Source of the DNA: a virus
Lineage: Duplodnaviria > Caudoviricetes
DNA length: 57,599 nt
IMG/VR virus record: IMGVR_UViG_3300048541_000085
Span: 1-57,599 of that record
Direction: 5' to 3' (one strand)
Position numbers and translations under genes: made by a program. The notes beneath the pieces are model-generated. The model was given only the letters and a program-made list of their open reading frames with translations. It had not been told where the DNA came from and searched no databases. This document shows positions 52,243-57,599 of the stretch, piece after piece. Numbering within the stretch: the first letter of the stretch is position 1; each line of letters starts with the position of its first letter.

Positions 52243-52511
52243 TGGGCATGGTGCTAAGAACCCCCATTGAACCCCGCTTTGTCTGTGCAAATCGAAGATT
52301 TGTAACCAAAGCATCGCCGATTGTCCCTCAATGGGACACAAAAACCGTTGAAAATCAACGACTTGTCGTTGGGTCAGGCAGTTTTGTGACACGGCAAAGC
52401 CGTGTGACGGGCGGGGTGGGGTGCGACCCGCCGCCCGCATGCGTTATCGTGTCATCCGGGCAACCGAATTTTCGCACCAAATTTTGAAAACCTTGTACTA
52501 TAGGAGATACA
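52243..52511. other. Hairpin-dense non-coding region, candidate packaging site / genome end
   Basis: Between divergent early and terminase operons; at least five inverted repeats and a G-rich/C-rich tract. Confidence 0.45.
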
Positions 52512-52901
52512 ATGCCAGCAGTTCGCAAACACCCGCACCCAACAAAAGGCTCAGGCGGATTAACCGCAGTAACGCCAGTTGAGATAGACCGTGTAAGACG
52601 AAGTGTGCTAGATGTAGTAAGGAACAACATTCCACAGGTGCGTGAAGTTCTTGACGGCTCCCGCAAGTGGGACAATCAACAGGTTCGCCTGTTTGGCATG
52701 ATGTTAAACAAGGTAATGCCCGACTTGCACCATAGTTTTAACCAGCACTCGGTCGAGACGAAGGACGTACACGAACTGAGCATAGCGGAATTAGAAGAAA
52801 TAGCCGCCAAATCTGAGGAGATTGAGCCCGATGAGAGTGACGAGAGCCGAAGCGGCGAAATACTTGTTGAAGTTAAAGAAGGCGAAGACCAGCTTTCCTG
52901 A
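52512..52901 (+). CDS. terS: Terminase small subunit (putative)
   Basis: 129 aa directly before terL; LNKVMPDL and LSIAELEEI motifs; AGGAG RBS. Confidence 0.65.
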   Translation: MPAVRKHPHPTKGSGGLTAVTPVEIDRVRRSVLDVVRNNIPQVREVLDGSRKWDNQQVRLFGMMLNKVMPDLHHSFNQHSVETKDVHELSIAELEEIAAKSEEIEPDESDESRSGEILVEVKEGEDQLS

Positions 52902-54468
52902 TTTTGTTAGGGCCATGAACCCCGACTTTGAATTTGCACCCTTCCAACTAGAGCTAATGGAGACCTTAGATGCCCTCGAAAAAGACGAACTCGGTGTACG
53001 AAGACTTCTTATTACTATGCCCCCCAGACACGCCAAGTCTTTCATCGCGACTGTACACTTTCCTGTCTACTATCTGGCCAAAAAGCCTGTCCGCAATGTC
53101 CTCAGCACCTCGTACAATCAGGATTTGGCAAAGACTTTTGGTCGCCAAGTACGCGATTTGGCTCGTGAGCCTATCGTTACTCAGGCGTTCGATGATTTCC
53201 AAATGTCGGAAGAGAGTCGCGCAGTTGATGACTGGCGCACTAGCCTTAACGGCACTTATTTTGCTACTGGCATTGGCGGTTCCACTACGGGCCGTGCGGC
53301 TACTATGCTCATACTTGATGACCCTATCAAAGCCCGTGAGGAAGCTGACAGTGCCACCCAGCGTAACAAAACTTGGTCGTACTATGTATCGGCTCTTACA
53401 ACTCGTAAACAACCTGAGCCAGACGGAACTTCGGCACTGGAAATTGTTATCCTAACACGCTGGCACCCAGATGATGTAGCGGGTCGTCTCATGGAGACGG
53501 AGGATTGGAAAGAGGGAATGTGGAAGCACATAGATTTCCCTGCGATACAGAGAGTAAAAGGCAATGTCAAAAAATCCGTGGCTTCTCTCCCAGAAGATGA
53601 CCCGCGCTTCATTCCGCAGGGTGAGCTCAGTAAGGTCGCCCCATCAAAAAGACACTACAGTGAAGAAAGCGAAGAAGCTCTCTGGCCAGAGCGGTTCCCA
53701 CTTGACGAACTCAAAAAACGAGAAAGACTAGACCCTCGCGAGTTTGCCAGTCTTTACCAGCAATCACCGTATGTAGCTGGGGGAAACCTAATCAAGTCGT
53801 CTTGGTGGAAAACCTATGACCCAGAAGAAACAAACATAACTACGGTTATCATAAGTGCGGACACAGCCTTCAAGAAAAACGAGCGGGCAGACTATTCTGT
53901 TCTTATGACCATCGGCATGGATAACGCTGGTGACATATACATTATGGAGATACGCCGCGAAAAAATGGACTTTCCAGAATTAAAGAGAGCTTGCATAGGC
54001 ATAAACGGAAAGTGGAGAGGAAGAGGCTTGAGGGGTTTTTATGTTGAGGACAAGGCTTCAGGGCAGTCTTTGATACAAGAATTAAAAAACCAATCCGGCA
54101 TGGCGGTCATACCGTACAAGGTTAGTACAGATAAAGTTTCTCGCCTAAACGCTGTCACTCCAATAATCGAGGGTGGCAGAGTTCATCTCCCAAAGACAGC
54201 ACCGTGGGTAGATGCCTTTATGGAAGAGGCTCAATCCTTCCCCTCTGGCAAACACGATGACCAGATAGACGCTTTGTCTATGGGGTTGGATGCAATAAGC
54301 CGTATGGGTGGCGGAAACTTAAACATGATAAACTCTCCCATCGAGCTTTCGGACAGCCTTTACTCGCAATTTGAACCTATTGGCGGGGGGTCATCCCTCC
54401 AATCCCAGTGGTCAGACAGCCTATCGAAGTCTCGTGACAAGAGATTTGTCAACTGGGGCGAGTTATAG
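52831..54468 (+). CDS. terL: Terminase large subunit
   Basis: MPPRHAKS Walker A, LILDDP Walker B, TRWHPDD, ISADTA, VEDKASG, KHDDQIDA nuclease motifs. Confidence 0.95.
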   Translation: MRVTRAEAAKYLLKLKKAKTSFPDFVRAMNPDFEFAPFQLELMETLDALEKDELGVRRLLITMPPRHAKSFIATVHFPVYYLAKKPVRNVLSTSYNQDLAKTFGRQVRDLAREPIVTQAFDDFQMSEESRAVDDWRTSLNGTYFATGIGGSTTGRAATMLILDDPIKAREEADSATQRNKTWSYYVSALTTRKQPEPDGTSALEIVILTRWHPDDVAGRLMETEDWKEGMWKHIDFPAIQRVKGNVKKSVASLPEDDPRFIPQGELSKVAPSKRHYSEESEEALWPERFPLDELKKRERLDPREFASLYQQSPYVAGGNLIKSSWWKTYDPEETNITTVIISADTAFKKNERADYSVLMTIGMDNAGDIYIMEIRREKMDFPELKRACIGINGKWRGRGLRGFYVEDKASGQSLIQELKNQSGMAVIPYKVSTDKVSRLNAVTPIIEGGRVHLPKTAPWVDAFMEEAQSFPSGKHDDQIDALSMGLDAISRMGGGNLNMINSPIELSDSLYSQFEPIGGGSSLQSQWSDSLSKSRDKRFVNWGEL

Positions 54469-54498
54469 GACGACAAACAGCTTAGTTTTTAGGATTAT
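54468..54498 (+). promoter_or_regulatory. Putative late promoter GGACGAC-N18-GATTAT
   Basis: Overlaps the terL stop, just upstream of the portal ATG; spacer one base shorter than the other copies. Confidence 0.55.
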
Positions 54499-54504
54499 TA
54501 TTTC

Positions 54505-56394
54505 ATGTGGTATAAAGATTCAAGTTTAAGCAAAGATGATGTTGTTGTTGACCTGTCTAATTTGATGGAGCCAATAACTGCGTATGAAGACATATCTGAT
54601 ATGCTCACCGAAGACCAAGAGCGAAAGCTCATTGATTATGTTCGGGCGGCATCTCAAATGTCATGGCACAGCATTTCCCGCCGATACGACCATTGGAAGG
54701 ATGCTGACCGTGCCCACGATGTTTGGGTTCCGGCGGATACTACAAAGTTTAGGGAAAAGGCGGTCATTGCTGATACACGGGCAATAGCAGACACAGTTCT
54801 TACATATCAAATGGCGGCATTAGCTGGCCGTAACCCTATGTTTCAGCTTGAGGGATTAAACAGAAAGTCTCGCAAGTCTTCACTAATCCTTGAACGCTTA
54901 CTGCACCAGCACATGAGACGCACAGCAGGCGAGGCTCGTCTTGCTCAACTTCTTCTGGACAGCATCAGGTATGGCTTTGCTCCTACAAAAATTGTGTGGG
55001 ACACAAACGCAAACACTTCAAAGATTGTAAACTTTGACCCAAGAAAATGTTTTCCAGACCCACGAGTCTCGTGGGGTGACTGGGAACAAATGCAATTTAT
55101 TATTTTTACTGACTACGTTTCCACGAACGCTCTTTTGTCTAGCGGCATGTACCCGAAACTGTCCAAGTATCCGGGTCTAAGACGAAAGGCAAACAAGTCC
55201 AGCGGTTGGCTTTCTCACAAGTATTGGAAGGAAGAAGGCCGTGGACTGTCCATAAATCCAGAAGACCCTCGCGGGAACGAAAACGGATTTCACTTCACGC
55301 TCGACCAGTCTCGTACTATCGATGAAATGTGGGTGAGGTTTCAGGGCTATGAAATCGGCGTTCCCTCGGTCGAACAAATTTGGATGTGTGTGACAATACT
55401 AGACGAAGAGGCAGTTATACGTTGCCAGCTAAATCCTTACGGACAGCAGTTCCCGGTCGTTATAGGTGGACTTTATCAAGACAGCCACAAGACTTACAGC
55501 CAATCGCTGTATGACCTTTTACTGCCGCTACACGAAATCAGCACATGGTTGCTACGCTCTCGTATAGATAACGTGCAAGCCGCCCTTAATAACTTAGTCT
55601 TCGTTGACCCTACTCAGGTCTCCGTGCCAGACCTAATTGATAGAAACCCGTGGGGTGTTGTGCGAACTATGCCGGGTGCTAAACCGGGCGATGGTGTCTT
55701 TATCGCTGAAATACCAGACGTAACTCGCGGCCATTGGCAAGATATTGGTGCGATGTCTGACCTAAAACAGCGTATTAGTGCCGCGTCAGATGCCCAGCAA
55801 GGTGTCCCAACCGCCGATGGTGTTCGTACAGCAACAGAAATACAGAGGCTAACTCAGTTGGGCTCACAACGTCTGGGCGTTATTGCTCGCATTATGTCAG
55901 CCACGACTATACGTCCCATGGTTCGCATGATGACTGCCAACCTACAGGATGCTCTTAATGTTGAGGGTAGCCTGAAGATTGACACAGACGGTGCTGGTGG
56001 ACAGCTTCAAGCTATGGCCAACGATGGCTATATCGATTTTGATTCCAGCATGATACAGGGTGATATTGATTACTTGGTAATTGATGGCACGCTCCCTGTA
56101 GAGCCAGCGAGGAACGCTGAGACATGGATGAACATGCTTCAAGTCATGGGCCAAACAGGGCTAAACATGGAATACAACACAGGCAAGATTCTTGAGGAGG
56201 CCATTCGTGCGATGGGCGTTAGCGACATCGAACAGTACAAGGTCTCTCAAGAACAGATGCAACAGCAAGGGCCATCACCTTCACAGCAAATGGCCATGGC
56301 AGAGAAAGCTAGAGGGGCAAGTGTTGTGTCCCAAGAACAACTTATGGAACAAGCGCAAAAAGGAAATGTTGTGCCAATGAGGGAGGCTCAGTAA
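54505..56394 (+). CDS. Portal protein
   Basis: 629 aa after terL; SIRYG, FPDP, NPYG..FP, RTATEI motifs and Q-rich C-terminus. Confidence 0.88.
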   Translation: MWYKDSSLSKDDVVVDLSNLMEPITAYEDISDMLTEDQERKLIDYVRAASQMSWHSISRRYDHWKDADRAHDVWVPADTTKFREKAVIADTRAIADTVLTYQMAALAGRNPMFQLEGLNRKSRKSSLILERLLHQHMRRTAGEARLAQLLLDSIRYGFAPTKIVWDTNANTSKIVNFDPRKCFPDPRVSWGDWEQMQFIIFTDYVSTNALLSSGMYPKLSKYPGLRRKANKSSGWLSHKYWKEEGRGLSINPEDPRGNENGFHFTLDQSRTIDEMWVRFQGYEIGVPSVEQIWMCVTILDEEAVIRCQLNPYGQQFPVVIGGLYQDSHKTYSQSLYDLLLPLHEISTWLLRSRIDNVQAALNNLVFVDPTQVSVPDLIDRNPWGVVRTMPGAKPGDGVFIAEIPDVTRGHWQDIGAMSDLKQRISAASDAQQGVPTADGVRTATEIQRLTQLGSQRLGVIARIMSATTIRPMVRMMTANLQDALNVEGSLKIDTDGAGGQLQAMANDGYIDFDSSMIQGDIDYLVIDGTLPVEPARNAETWMNMLQVMGQTGLNMEYNTGKILEEAIRAMGVSDIEQYKVSQEQMQQQGPSPSQQMAMAEKARGASVVSQEQLMEQAQKGNVVPMREAQ

Positions 56395-56651
56395 TGCCAG
56401 AGCAAAAAGCATATCAGCTAGAGCCACTTACAGGTTTTACGCCGCATGAAAAGAATTATATCAAAGCTCTTATCAGGGAAGCAATCGCAGAGATTCCAGC
56501 ACCTACACCTTCGTCTTGCAACTGTTCAGGGCAAGTTGACGGCGTGTCAAGACGAATCTCAGACCTTGAGGCTCGCTACGTTGAGGACGACAAATACGTT
56601 ATAACTAGGGCAAAATTAGCTGTGTTCATGAAAGAAGAGGGCATAGAATAA
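56394..56651 (+). CDS. Hypothetical protein
   Basis: 85 aa; TAATG coupling at both ends; GGAGG RBS. Confidence 0.7.
   Translation: MPEQKAYQLEPLTGFTPHEKNYIKALIREAIAEIPAPTPSSCNCSGQVDGVSRRISDLEARYVEDDKYVITRAKLAVFMKEEGIE
56585..56616 (+). promoter_or_regulatory. Putative late promoter GGACGAC-N19-CAAAAT
   Basis: 34 nt upstream of the tail-fibre ATG at 56651. Confidence 0.55.
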
Positions 56652-57599
56652 TGGCCATAACCCGTCCGTCAGGCGAACAGCTACGCTTTGAAAGCACCAA
56701 TACAGGAAGCCATGTGCTCGACACATATCTCGAAAATGCAGAGATAGGTGGGCGCAACCTGACAGATTTGCTTAGTGAACTGTTTGACACAAGCGGGAAT
56801 GTAAACCCAAACATTTTTCAGTTCAGAATAAATTCAACAACTTACAAACTGCAAGTCCGTATTGGTAACTTTGTACTCCCTAACGCTGGTTGGGTAGATG
56901 TTCCAGATGGAACATTCTTCCGCCCAACAGGCAACTATCAAGTTGGCTTTGATTACGTTATCCACGACCTGTTTAATTACAACGACAACCTGTACATGGT
57001 TACAGTGGCGCATACATCTGGCGCGATACCTGACTCATCTACGTCCTTTGTTGCAGTTTCTGGCGGCACAGGCAAAGTTCCGGCGACATCTACGCAACTT
57101 GCTGGACAAGTTGGCAAGTTTTTAACTGTCAACTCTGCACAAACTGGATACGAGCTTACATCTTTTACAGACAGCAACGTATTTTATGGGTTCTCCCAAG
57201 CAAGCAACGGTCTAGCCGTAAACGAGGTTGGCTTACAAGAAGTGTTGGCAGACGGCGCATTAGTACAAAGTCTTATAAATTTAGTAAACGGCACTACAGA
57301 CCCGCTCGTAACAGACGGCTTTTGGGATTTAACATTCACGGTTTCTGGTGTCCCATACAAATATTTTGACGCGGACACAAGCGGCAATGCGGCGGCAGAC
57401 AACGATGACTTGCAGGCGTTTGCAAACATTATAAACGGGACAACAACAAGTGGAAACTATTACTCTGCGTGGGTTTCAACAATACGGCCATATCTAATTA
57501 ACAACAAGACGACAAGAAGCTACGACACAATGGTTATCCCCGCGTCCGCTGGCTCAAATTATGAATTGTTTAGCAAGGTTCGGGATACTACCGCAGTGT
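56651..57599 (+). CDS. Tail fibre/anchor protein, 5' part (346 aa in total across the join)
   Basis: Open from ATG 56651 to the window end; MAITRPSGEQLRF...YLENAEIGGRNLTDLLSELFD; absent from the supplied ORF track because it wraps. Confidence 0.88.
   Translation, partial: MAITRPSGEQLRFESTNTGSHVLDTYLENAEIGGRNLTDLLSELFDTSGNVNPNIFQFRINSTTYKLQVRIGNFVLPNAGWVDVPDGTFFRPTGNYQVGFDYVIHDLFNYNDNLYMVTVAHTSGAIPDSSTSFVAVSGGTGKVPATSTQLAGQVGKFLTVNSAQTGYELTSFTDSNVFYGFSQASNGLAVNEVGLQEVLADGALVQSLINLVNGTTDPLVTDGFWDLTFTVSGVPYKYFDADTSGNAAADNDDLQAFANIINGTTTSGNYYSAWVSTIRPYLINNKTTRSYDTMVIPASAGSNYELFSKVRDTTAV
57463..57599. repeat. Terminal direct repeat / circular assembly overlap (right copy)
   Basis: Equals 1-137 with one mismatch. 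Confidence 0.97.

Noticed and set aside
1-57599. tRNA/rRNA genes or stop-codon reassignment
   Set aside because: No cloverleaf or rRNA noticed; standard-code ORFs tile the genome tightly and use all three stop codons.

Overview
The window is an essentially complete dsDNA tailed-phage genome with a podovirus-type gene set. Bases 1-137 repeat bases 57463-57599 with one synonymous mismatch, and one tail gene runs across the join, so the contig is circular with a unit length of about 57,462 bp. The late + strand arm runs: terS, terL, portal, three tail-fibre/receptor genes (two with RCC1-like repeats), scaffold, major capsid, tail adaptor/nozzle, a cysteine-free set of ejection proteins ending in a 3854-aa protein with two HExxH metallopeptidase motifs and an ADP-ribosyltransferase domain, an M15 endolysin, a holin and a cluster of very basic micro-proteins. 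The middle region holds a dNMP kinase, Cas4-like exonuclease, SSB, Sak4-like ATPase, Cro-like HTH, primase-polymerase/helicase and resolvase; no DNA polymerase or RNA polymerase is recognisable. The early - strand arm holds a pyrimidine-dimer glycosylase, two HTH regulators, a tyrosine recombinase, a CobT-like vWA plus CobS/MoxR AAA+ pair and many small ORFs. The most novel signals are cis-regulatory: a repeated late promoter GGACGAC-N19-xAxxxT that often starts inside a hairpin, a TGTA-N10-TACA operator network, three matching UACG hairpins before scaffold and capsid, and a repeated hairpin element before early genes. Also notable are an FtsZ-tail-like motif in an early protein and apparent avoidance of GATC, CCWGG and GCWGC. 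A marine alphaproteobacterial host is inferred, not shown. All family assignments are from motifs read by eye; no database search was run.
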